Shown piece by piece: positions 50,863-59,337 of a stretch of 64,000 bases of DNA. Source of the DNA: an uncultured Porphyromonadaceae bacterium. Lineage in GTDB: Bacteria > Bacteroidota > Bacteroidia > Bacteroidales > Muribaculaceae. Within the stretch, counting starts at the first letter, position 1, and every line of letters starts with the position of its first letter. The notes beneath the pieces were generated by a model that was not told the origin of the DNA, searched no databases, and worked only from the letters and a program-made list of their open reading frames with translations. A program made the position numbers and the translations under genes. The stretch is from NCBI GenBank assembly GCA_900544305.1, contig UQUV01000009.1:4612-68611 (forward strand), written 5' to 3'.

Positions 50863-52551
50863 ATGAATACAATAAACAGACTTTCCACATCTGTAATCAT
50901 AAAGACTAATTATGATATGAAACTCAAAATATACTTGCTCCTTTTACCAATAAGTATCCTACTTTCATGCAACCGGGGACATTTATCAACATATAATTTC
51001 GATGAAAAAATACTTTTCATCGAAAATGATCCACACTTGTATCTATCGAGAATAGATACAACAGGATTTCCTCAAATAAAGAACGGAAAAGAGGCGACCG
51101 ATTTTATATTGTCGCCCTTGACACTCAATTACATGAATAACGACTGTTACCCATCAAAAGAACAATTGCAAACAAGCATTCGGATTTTTAAGGCTGAAAA
51201 GTTAGCACAACAGCAATTAGAGGCTCAATATCTCCTTGCAGGAGTGTACAGAAAGGAAAAAGACCTGTCCCTTGAAGTAGATGTCATAGAAGAAGCCATC
51301 GAACTGGCCAATCAGGAAGGCGATAAAGAATGGCTGTTTTATCTCTACAGCTATTTGGGTGACATGTACATCAATCAATTCAACATGTTCCAATTTGTCA
51401 AATATCTCACATTGGCAAACCAATGTATAAAGGATATTGCACCAGCCGATATGAGTATTTCTACCAAAATCCAACTTGCAAAAAACCTGTTATATACGGA
51501 ACACTACCACGACTCATACGAAATCCTGAAAGATTTAGAAAATGATGTCAGCAGGAATAACACTTATTACAATGACATCAAGCGCCTGCTGGGTGTTGCT
51601 TTGTATAAAATGAATCAGTTGGATTCATGTATAGAAAAGATGAATGACGCTTTAGTAACAGAGAAATCACTGAAGCATCTGTTTACCTGTCATTCAATCT
51701 TGACCTATTGTTATTATAAAAAGAATGATCTGGCAAAAGCAGAACAGCACAAAAAATTGGCAAAGAAATATGATACGGATGAAGATATAAGATTGTCAGA
51801 AATTGAATTCTATACATTATGTGCCGAGTTTGCCAAAGCAAATCATAACCTGGAAGAACAGATCGACTGTTTGAACAAGGTAAAGGAGAGTTATACTTCT
51901 GTTATTGATTACATTAGTGGACAGTCGTTGGATGAAGCGATACAGAGCTATACCCGTATCCAAGAAAAAAGAATATTCAATAAACAAATCGCAACATACA
52001 GATATGTTCTAATCAGCTTTCTTATAATCGTATGTATATCGCTAATTGTGTATATAAGGATTCGCAAAAAACAGGTATATAGGATTCTTGTCCTGCAACG
52101 ACAAATTGATTCGTTAGAAAATTTGCGAAACATGAAGGATGAAGTGAAAGGTTTTATTATGCGAGACTTCGAAATAGCTAAGAAGATAGCCATACTAAGA
52201 AATACTCAACAGGTACAGAGCGCAAAATTTCTTAAGGATTTGGAGAAGCATCATATCATCGAAAGCAATGATTTACTGACGATGAATTGGGATCAGTTTT
52301 ATAAATACATAGACCTTTCTTTTGATGGGTTCTATTCCAAATTGGCAAAGGAATATCCCACACTCAATGAAAAGGAACTTCAACTCTGCTGCATGCTTAT
52401 GGCCGGTTTTAAGACGGATGAAATTGCTGCTATCTGGATGAATAGCGTATTCTCCGTACACAAGTATAAGACCAATGTCAGAAAGAAGATAAATGCTCAG
52501 GAAGGTGCTGATATTATAGCTTTCCTTTCAGAGAATTTGTCCTTACAATAG
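50863..52551 (+). CDS. Transmembrane one-component regulator: N-terminal lipoprotein/TPR-like sensor domain, single TM, C-terminal LuxR-type HTH
   Basis: Possible start MKLKIYLLLLPISILLSC (lipobox) at about 50917. TM YRYVLISFLIIVCISLIVYI. C-terminal LNEKELQLCCMLMAGFKTDEIAAIWMNSVFSVHKYKTNVRKKI is a GerE/LuxR-like HTH. Confidence 0.5.
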   Translation: MNTINRLSTSVIIKTNYDMKLKIYLLLLPISILLSCNRGHLSTYNFDEKILFIENDPHLYLSRIDTTGFPQIKNGKEATDFILSPLTLNYMNNDCYPSKEQLQTSIRIFKAEKLAQQQLEAQYLLAGVYRKEKDLSLEVDVIEEAIELANQEGDKEWLFYLYSYLGDMYINQFNMFQFVKYLTLANQCIKDIAPADMSISTKIQLAKNLLYTEHYHDSYEILKDLENDVSRNNTYYNDIKRLLGVALYKMNQLDSCIEKMNDALVTEKSLKHLFTCHSILTYCYYKKNDLAKAEQHKKLAKKYDTDEDIRLSEIEFYTLCAEFAKANHNLEEQIDCLNKVKESYTSVIDYISGQSLDEAIQSYTRIQEKRIFNKQIATYRYVLISFLIIVCISLIVYIRIRKKQVYRILVLQRQIDSLENLRNMKDEVKGFIMRDFEIAKKIAILRNTQQVQSAKFLKDLEKHHIIESNDLLTMNWDQFYKYIDLSFDGFYSKLAKEYPTLNEKELQLCCMLMAGFKTDEIAAIWMNSVFSVHKYKTNVRKKINAQEGADIIAFLSENLSLQ

Positions 52552-52849
52552 ACTTTCTTTGAATTACAAATTATAGCTCTTAAATATCGCTGATTATCAG
52601 TATTTTGACTTTCTATATTACAAGAATAAAACAAAGTATTACCAATGGTTCCTGAGAGGGAATTGCTTATCTTTGCACCATATAATTCAGCCGTAAAGTA
52701 ACTGCTTTTTCTTATAATTATATCTAAACTGATTTAGTATGGAGTGTAAAATAATTCAATTTTCTTAATGCTATTACTAAGAGTTGTAGCACATTATCAT
52801 ACATTAGAGAACTAAATTAAATTATTAATAATACTTAAAATATTGTTCA

Positions 52850-53212
52850 ATGAAAACAAATCGAATTGTATGTAGAAATCTGCCTGTATTGATAATCGTT
52901 TTTTTGGGTCTTTTTATATGCCAGGCGTGTTCGAAAGATACCCCTAATTTAAACACCATCCGTGTACAAGTAGAGACAAATTCAGATGAACCAGTCAGAA
53001 TCTATGGAACAAAGGATGGTGGAGAAACCGGAATTGTTATAAAAAAGAATTATGAAAAAACATATGAATTAGAAGGTGATGGTTTCTCTATAGAAGCCAG
53101 ATGTCAAGATGAGAACACCCTAATTAAGATTAATATATGGGTAAATGGTAAACTTAAAAAGAACGTATCAGGTAATAAATATGTTACAAGTGGATATATA
53201 TCATTGTTATAA
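52850..53212 (+). CDS. Small lipoprotein
   Basis: 120 aa. Lipobox ICQACSKD. Confidence 0.45.
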   Translation: MKTNRIVCRNLPVLIIVFLGLFICQACSKDTPNLNTIRVQVETNSDEPVRIYGTKDGGETGIVIKKNYEKTYELEGDGFSIEARCQDENTLIKINIWVNGKLKKNVSGNKYVTSGYISLL

Positions 53213-53235
53213 TGATTAAATAGAATAAATTAAAC

Positions 53236-53290
53236 AATATATTGACCCATTTCGGGGCTGTTTTGGAATATCTTCAATTCCAGAACAGCC
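53236..53290 (+). terminator. Hairpin terminator at the right edge of the AT-rich island
   Basis: CGGGGCTGTTTTGG...CCAGAACAGCCCCG inverted repeat followed by a T-rich stretch. Confidence 0.5.
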
Positions 53291-53976
53291 CCGAATAGTT
53301 TTATCAAAAATAACTCAATGAAAAATCTATACCTAAATTTTATAACGAATACAAAACAACTTCTGCAATCCTTATTCAAAAATATACGGTCATAAGCCAC
53401 GCTTCACTTGACAAGTCCCTTCAGAGAAGTTAACTCGGAGGGCGAATACCTCCACGTTCAAGCCTCCGGTTTTCGGGACACAAAATTCCCTGCGGTAATT
53501 TTCCGCCCGAAAAAACGCTCCGGTATTGCCGTCCGAGTTGGGGAAAGGACCGGGACTTAGCAAGCGAAGCGACCTACGACGCATAGATACAGGTCAACAT
53601 AAAAAAGAATCTGACGGGAGAACCATGCTCCCGTATGCCGTCCCAATGGATTACGCCATCCGGTTATTCCCGTAAAAAAATCCGCTTCCTGTCACAAAAG
53701 GACACATCAAGGGGGGGACAAAAGCAGCTCGCTCCCAACTCTGCATAATTACAGTTTTTCCTTTTCTTCCGTGCGACTGCGTGTACCGCCATGCCCTTGT
53801 CTGTATGGTTTGTTCCCGTCATTTCCCTTTCCTTTGCCGCCTCTCGCTTTTTCTCCTTTTCCTGCCGTTTTACTCCGTTTTTTCACTCCGTTTTCTCCGG
53901 CCTGCGGTGTAATGTGATGACACAAGATGTAATGTATATCCTAACACATTGTAAATCAATTATATATCAATTTTTC

Positions 53977-53984
53977 TCCTATAT
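53977..53984 (+). promoter_or_regulatory. Bacteroides sigma-A -7 element (TAnnTTTG) for the DUF3945-type gene
   Basis: TATATTTG lies about 46 nt upstream of the ATG at 54030. Confidence 0.3.
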
Positions 53985-54029
53985 ATTTGCGTTGACAACA
54001 TGAGTTATCAACACTAAAAATCAAAAATT

Positions 54030-55802
54030 ATGGCAAAGAAAAATGCACGGGAAGAACCCCCGAAACCGCAGGTCACCGAAAACGAGCAGATGAGTGACAT
54101 CGTGTTCATCCTCGACAAGATGGAACTGATTCTGGAAGCGGTGTCGCAAATCGGACAGGACGGAAAATTCAACACGGTAGCCGCCGACAGGCAGAACCGG
54201 AACTCCTTCCTGAAGATTGACCGCTATGCAGATGCCTTCGAGAACTTCATCAAGAACTTCTGGAGTCAGCTGAAAGACCCGACACGCTTCGGAATCCTCT
54301 CCGTCAAGGAAGACAGGCTGGACGACCCTGCCGTACAGCAGGCCATCGAGGACATCGCCGCAGGAAAAAAGACAAAAGCCGTGGAGGAATTTCTCAAGCA
54401 GTACGAGATTGTTCCGCGCAACAAGGAAAACCAAAGTATCAACCAAAAAAATCAAGAAGAAATGGCAAAGAAAAATGAAACCCGGCAGCAAGCTGCCGCA
54501 GCTGACAGCCAGTCGCAGACCCAGTCCCCCCAGTACCGTTACAACGAGTCCATGATCAACTGGGAACAGCTAAAGAATTTCGGAATCTCCCGTGAATACC
54601 TCCAGGAACGCGGACTGCTCGAACAGATGCTCCGTGGCTACAAGACCAACCAGGTAGTACCCATCAGCATGAACTTCGGCTCGGCCGTACTGAGGACTGA
54701 CGCACGTCTGTCATTCCAGCAGTCCATGGCGGGCGAAGTGGTGCTCGGCATCCATGGTATCCGACAGAAACCCGACCTCGACCGACCGTATTTCGGACAC
54801 ATCTTCTCCGACGAGGACAAGAAGAACCTGCTCGAAACGGGCAACATGGGACGTGTCGTGGAACTGAAAGGACGCAACGGGGAATATATCCCTTCCTTCA
54901 TCAGTATTGACAAGCTGACCAACGAGGTTGTCGCCATGAAAGCGGAGAATGCCTTCATCCCGAGGGAAATCAAGGGCGTGGAACTGACAGAGCAGGAGCA
55001 GAATGACCTGCGTGAAGGCAAGAAGGTCTATGTCGAGGGCATGATCGCCAAGTCCGGCAACGAGTTCAACGCCTTCATTCAGGTAAATGCCGAACGCAGG
55101 GGTGTCGAGTTCATTTTCGAGAACGACAAGCTCTTCAACCGCCAGACGCTCGGGGGTGTGGAACTGACACAGAAACAGATTGAGGACCTGAACGCCGGAA
55201 AAGCCATTTTCGTGGAAGGAATGCAGCGCAAGGACGGCGAGGTGTTCTCCTCCTACGTGAAGCTGGACGAGGCGACAGGCCGTCCGTCATACACCCGCTA
55301 CAACCCGGACTCCCCGGAGGGCGCACGTGAAATCTATATCCCCAACGAAATCAACGGGGTGAAGATTACGGCGGAGGAACAGCAGCAGCTCCGTGACGGC
55401 AAGGTGATTTTCCTCAACGACATGGTGAACCGCAAGGGAGAGGAATTCTCCTCCTTCATCAAGGCCGATTTGGAAACGGGACGCCTGAGCTACTCCCGCA
55501 CGCCGGACGGTTTCGAACAGCGGGCGGACTTCAAGATTCCCGACAAGGTCTGGGACGTGCCTCTGACCAGAAAGCAGCGTGCTGACCTGCAGAGCGGAAA
55601 GGCCGTGCTGGTGGAAGGCATCAAGGGCTATGACGGGAAGACTATCTCGCAGTACGTCAAGGCCAATTTCAACCAGGGACGCCTGGACTTCTACAACGAG
55701 AATCCCGACCGCAAGCGTGACGCCTCGCAGCGCAACGTGGTGGCCAACAATCAGCGACAGGAACAGGGCAACCGCAAGTCAAAGGGAGCCAGCATTTCCT
55801 GA
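54030..55802 (+). CDS. Protein with four internal ~60-aa repeats (DUF3945-type), located upstream of exc
   Basis: Repeats of the form GVELTxxQxxDLxxGKxVxVEGMxxKxGxEFxxFIxxxxExGR occur four times. Confidence 0.55.
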   Translation: MAKKNAREEPPKPQVTENEQMSDIVFILDKMELILEAVSQIGQDGKFNTVAADRQNRNSFLKIDRYADAFENFIKNFWSQLKDPTRFGILSVKEDRLDDPAVQQAIEDIAAGKKTKAVEEFLKQYEIVPRNKENQSINQKNQEEMAKKNETRQQAAAADSQSQTQSPQYRYNESMINWEQLKNFGISREYLQERGLLEQMLRGYKTNQVVPISMNFGSAVLRTDARLSFQQSMAGEVVLGIHGIRQKPDLDRPYFGHIFSDEDKKNLLETGNMGRVVELKGRNGEYIPSFISIDKLTNEVVAMKAENAFIPREIKGVELTEQEQNDLREGKKVYVEGMIAKSGNEFNAFIQVNAERRGVEFIFENDKLFNRQTLGGVELTQKQIEDLNAGKAIFVEGMQRKDGEVFSSYVKLDEATGRPSYTRYNPDSPEGAREIYIPNEINGVKITAEEQQQLRDGKVIFLNDMVNRKGEEFSSFIKADLETGRLSYSRTPDGFEQRADFKIPDKVWDVPLTRKQRADLQSGKAVLVEGIKGYDGKTISQYVKANFNQGRLDFYNENPDRKRDASQRNVVANNQRQEQGNRKSKGASIS

Positions 55803-55848
55803 TGACGGGCAACTGAAAAATGAATGTTGAATCAAAAAAGAAAGAAAT

Positions 55849-56112
55849 ATGAAAAAGGAAAACGGAAACGACATGCCTTTCAAGGCAGAAGACGTGAACT
55901 GGGACGAACTGCACGACATCGGCATCATGAAGGACGAGCTGGAACTCTCCGGCGAGATGGACACCCTCCTCAGGGGAGAGAAAACGAAAGTGATGTCCCT
56001 GAGTCTCGTGCTCCTCGGCGTGGACGTGGTGATGGACGCCACGCTCCAGCTGGTCCGTAAGGGCGAGGCCCCGCTGCTGGAAATCCAGGGAGTGACACCG
56101 TTGGGCAAATAA
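55849..56112 (+). CDS. Hypothetical small protein
   Basis: 87-aa ORF between the repeat protein and the topoisomerase. Confidence 0.4.
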   Translation: MKKENGNDMPFKAEDVNWDELHDIGIMKDELELSGEMDTLLRGEKTKVMSLSLVLLGVDVVMDATLQLVRKGEAPLLEIQGVTPLGK

Positions 56113-56167
56113 TCTGAGAGCAATTATCAAGTAAACCGAAGTCTTACCGCCGTTTCCTGTCTTCCGC

Positions 56168-58309
56168 ATGGAAAACGGGAAACGGCTTAATTTTTATCCT
56201 GACATTATGATAGCAATCATCGCAGAAAAGCCGAGTGTAGGCATGGACATAGCCCGTGTAGTCGGGGCTGATACAAGAAATGACGGCTACTGTTCCGGTA
56301 ACGGATATATGGTGACCTGGGCACTGGGACACCTCGTGTCACTGGCCATGCCGGACACTTACGGTTACACGAAAACGGCGGCGGAGGAGGAGCTGCCGAT
56401 GCTGCCGGACCCGTTCCGTCTGGTCTCCCGACAGGTACGCACGGACAGGGGAATGGTCACGGACATCGCCGCCTCGAAACAGCTGAAAGTCATAGAAAGC
56501 GTGTTCAACCGCTGTGACAGCATCATCGTGGCAACGGACTGTGCGCGCGAAGGGGAACTTATCTTCCGCTGGATATACGACTTTCTGGGCTGCACGAAAC
56601 CGTTCAGACGCCTGTGGATCTCCTCGCTGACCGACGAGGCCATACGGAAAGGTCTGGAGGAACTGAAGGACGGCTCGGAATACGACAGCCTGTATGCCGC
56701 TGCAGACAGCCGCGCGAAGGCGGACTGGCTGGTGGGCATGAACGCCAGCCGTGCCCTGGCCATCGTCTCCGGCTCGTCCAACAACTCGATCGGACGGGTA
56801 CAGACGCCTACGCTCGCCATGATATGCAGCCGCTACAGGGAGAACCGCAGTTTCGTATCCACACCATACTGGCAGCTGCATGTCACCCTCAATGGCGGCA
56901 CGTCACACCGCCGCTTCTTCCATCCCGCGACCTTTGACGACAGGCAGAAGGCGGAAGCCGCCTACCGCAGTCTCTCTCCCGATTCTTCGGCGACGGTTAC
57001 GAAGGTGGAGCGCAGGAAAACCCTGCAACAGCCGCCGCTGCTCTACGACCTGACGGCACTCCAGAAGGACTGCAACGTGCACCTCGACCTGCCCGCGGCA
57101 AAGACGCTGGACATCGCCCAGTCGCTCTACGAGAAGAAGCTCATTTCCTACCCGAGAACGGGAAGCCGGTATATCCCGCACGACGTGATGGCCTGTGTGC
57201 CCGGTCTGCTGGAAAGGATAATGGCCATGCCCGGATTCGCTACAAGTGCCGGAATCCTTGACTTTGCGCGTCTCAACACCCGTAGCGTGGACGACAGTAA
57301 AGTGACGGACCACCATGCCCTCATCACGACCGGCATAGCTCCCGAAGGGCTTTCCGAAGCGGAAGAGGCCGTCTATACGCTGATAGCCGGACGTATGCTG
57401 GAGGCGTTCTCGCCATGCTGCGAGAAGGAGCTGATTCTTATGGAATGCCGTCTGGACAACATGGATTTCCGCTCAAAAAGCTCCATTGTCGTCAGTCCGG
57501 GATGGCGCGGCATCTTCCGCAGGAAAGAGGACAGGCAGGACGACGAACCGGAAACCGACGAGGGTACGGCCGTATTTGCCGAAGGGGACACGGTCCCTGT
57601 TTCAGGATTCGGACTGGCCCAGAAGAAGACCGTGCCCAGACCGCTCTATACCGAAGCCACGCTGCTGGCAGCAATGGAGACCTGCGGCAGGGAGATAGCC
57701 GACGAACAGGCACGCGAGGCCGTGAAGGAGCTGGGCATCGGCACGCCCGCCACAAGAGCCGCCATCATCACCACACTGTTCAAACGTGACTATATCGCCC
57801 GCTCCGGCAAGAGCATCGTCCCCACGGAAAAGGGACTCCATATCTACGATGCGGTGAAGGACATGCTCGTGGCGGATGTTTCCCTGACAGGAAGCTGGGA
57901 GAAGACCCTGCTCCAGATAGAGCGGCACACACTCGGACCGGACACGTTCATGGCATCCATCACGGACTACACCCGCAAGGCTACCCGTGAAATCCTGAAC
58001 CTCAGCCTTCCGGCGGTAGCAGCCCGCACGTTCATCTGTCCCAAATGCAAGACCGGACACATCATCGTCAGGGAGAAGGGTGCCCGCTGCGACAATAAAG
58101 GGTGCGGACTGACCGTGTACCGCAGATTCCTGAACAAGGAACTGACGGACCAGCATCTGGAACAGCTTTTCTCCTCCGGCTCCACACGGCTCATCAAGGG
58201 ATTCAAGGGAAAGAAGGGCGTGGCTTTCGACGCTTCGGTCACTTTCGACGCCGGGTTCACCCTGACACTCTCGTTCCCCAAAAACGGGAACGGCAGGAAA
58301 AGGAAATGA
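56168..58309 (+). CDS. topB: DNA topoisomerase III (Exc-like type IA topoisomerase of CTnDOT-family elements)
   Basis: Toprim start IAEKPS, GYMVTWALGHL. 713 aa. C-terminal zinc-ribbon CPKCKTGH. Confidence 0.85.
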   Translation: MENGKRLNFYPDIMIAIIAEKPSVGMDIARVVGADTRNDGYCSGNGYMVTWALGHLVSLAMPDTYGYTKTAAEEELPMLPDPFRLVSRQVRTDRGMVTDIAASKQLKVIESVFNRCDSIIVATDCAREGELIFRWIYDFLGCTKPFRRLWISSLTDEAIRKGLEELKDGSEYDSLYAAADSRAKADWLVGMNASRALAIVSGSSNNSIGRVQTPTLAMICSRYRENRSFVSTPYWQLHVTLNGGTSHRRFFHPATFDDRQKAEAAYRSLSPDSSATVTKVERRKTLQQPPLLYDLTALQKDCNVHLDLPAAKTLDIAQSLYEKKLISYPRTGSRYIPHDVMACVPGLLERIMAMPGFATSAGILDFARLNTRSVDDSKVTDHHALITTGIAPEGLSEAEEAVYTLIAGRMLEAFSPCCEKELILMECRLDNMDFRSKSSIVVSPGWRGIFRRKEDRQDDEPETDEGTAVFAEGDTVPVSGFGLAQKKTVPRPLYTEATLLAAMETCGREIADEQAREAVKELGIGTPATRAAIITTLFKRDYIARSGKSIVPTEKGLHIYDAVKDMLVADVSLTGSWEKTLLQIERHTLGPDTFMASITDYTRKATREILNLSLPAVAARTFICPKCKTGHIIVREKGARCDNKGCGLTVYRRFLNKELTDQHLEQLFSSGSTRLIKGFKGKKGVAFDASVTFDAGFTLTLSFPKNGNGRKRK

Positions 58310-58326
58310 TGAAGCCATCCCGATTC

Positions 58327-58465
58327 GAGGGGCAAAGGTCGCAGCCCGCCCGTTTCCACCGGCAAGGTCTGGCCTTACGGTTTCTGGGAAAAATCATCCT
58401 CGCCCGAGGCTCCGGTATTTTTCCCGAAAACCTTGCCTGTGGAGGCGGACTGCAAGAAAGCCCCT
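58327..58465 (+). repeat. Long imperfect-palindrome element, copy 5
   Basis: Arms GGGCAAAGGTCGCAGCCCGCCCGTTTCCACCGGCAAGG / CCTTGCCTGTGGAGGCGGACTGCAAGAAAGCCCC. Core GGGAAAAATCATCCTCGCCCGAGGCTCCGGTATTTTTCCCGAAAACCTTGC. Starts 18 nt after the exc stop and ends about 30 nt upstream of the ATG at 58496. Confidence 0.7.
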
Positions 58466-58495
58466 GAAACCGGGAATGGCATTCCCGCCAAACAC

Positions 58496-58741
58496 ATGAA
58501 GATTATGAAAGCAAAAGAACGTATCAGAAAGATAGCGGACAGCAGATGGGCAAGGACACTCGCGCTGGCCGTAACAGCAGCCATCATATTCAGCTGGCTC
58601 TATTCCCACGGTATATCGCCTGTATGGACCGCCGTGGCCATCATCTGTTTCAGGGGACTCTTCAGGTTCCTCTACCGTATAGCCTGTTTTCTCGTGGCAC
58701 TGGCCATCATTCTGTGCATACTGAGTTTTCTGGTCTTCTGA
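58496..58741 (+). CDS. Small 2-TM membrane protein flanked by repeat copies 5 and 6
   Basis: MKIMKAKERIRKIADSRWARTLALAVTAAIIFSWLY.... 81 aa. Confidence 0.4.
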   Translation: MKIMKAKERIRKIADSRWARTLALAVTAAIIFSWLYSHGISPVWTAVAIICFRGLFRFLYRIACFLVALAIILCILSFLVF

Positions 58742-58893
58742 AATCTGACGATATGGAACATGCACGGAATTTATCATTGCAGCATAAGGGAGCTGTCCGG
58801 GAGCGGGCGGCTCTTTTTGTATCCGTCACAACCGGAAATGACACGGGAAGAAAAGGGAAAGGACTAAAAACACAGACATTGGCAAACCGAGAA

Positions 58894-59060
58894 CTACAGG
58901 GCAAAGTTGGCAAACGCTTCTTGTCGGACGGCAAGGTCAGGCCGCAAGCGGTTTCGGAAAAAATCATCCTCGCTGCGCTCCGGTATTTTTCCCGAAAACC
59001 CTGCCTTTCCGGAAGCATTTGCCGTTGGGCCCTTGTAGTTCAACGGGCTGCCAAAGCCCG
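58894..59060 (+). repeat. Long imperfect-palindrome element, copy 6
   Basis: Arms CTACAGGGCAAAGTTGGCAAACGCTTCTTGTCGGACGGCAAGG / CCCTGCCTTTCCGGAAGCATTTGCCGTTGGGCCCTTGTAG. Core GGAAAAAATCATCCTCGCTGCGCTCCGGTATTTTTCCCGAAAACCCTGC. 3' hairpin CGGGCTGCCAAAGCCCG. Ends about 27 nt upstream of the ATG at 59088. Confidence 0.7.
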
Positions 59061-59087
59061 GGTATTCACAGTTAAAAATTAAAGAAT

Positions 59088-59303
59088 ATGCAACAAGCGA
59101 TCATCACAAGACAGTCACCAGCCCCGATAGGGATGCCCGTGACAAGAAGACCGAAAGTACACGTCCCGCAACCCTCCATCAAACTGCCGCCAAGAGGAAC
59201 CACTGGCCCCGTTCACATCTCAAAGCTGCTGAACCCCGTTCTGGAAATATGCAGACATCCGGACAGGGACAGGTTGCTGGCAGAATTCTTCAGCGAATAT
59301 TGA
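59088..59303 (+). CDS. Hypothetical small protein
   Basis: 71-aa ORF, first after repeat copy 6. Confidence 0.3.
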   Translation: MQQAIITRQSPAPIGMPVTRRPKVHVPQPSIKLPPRGTTGPVHISKLLNPVLEICRHPDRDRLLAEFFSEY

Positions 59304-59337
59304 AATACATCGTCTAATCATTTAATTTTTATCAATT

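Larger units (their letters stand above)
47660..53300. other. AT-rich sub-island with markedly lower GC than the flanks
   Basis: Composition drops sharply (long A/T runs, ATA/AAA-rich codons) between the end of the 47137 gene and the hairpin at about 53236-53290. Gene content is unrelated to ICE backbone functions. Confidence 0.7.

Noticed and set aside
58546-59082. 178-aa ORF spanning repeat copy 6
   Set aside because: Crosses a palindromic repeat and overlaps the small membrane gene in another frame. The translation is Gly/Arg/His-rich junk.
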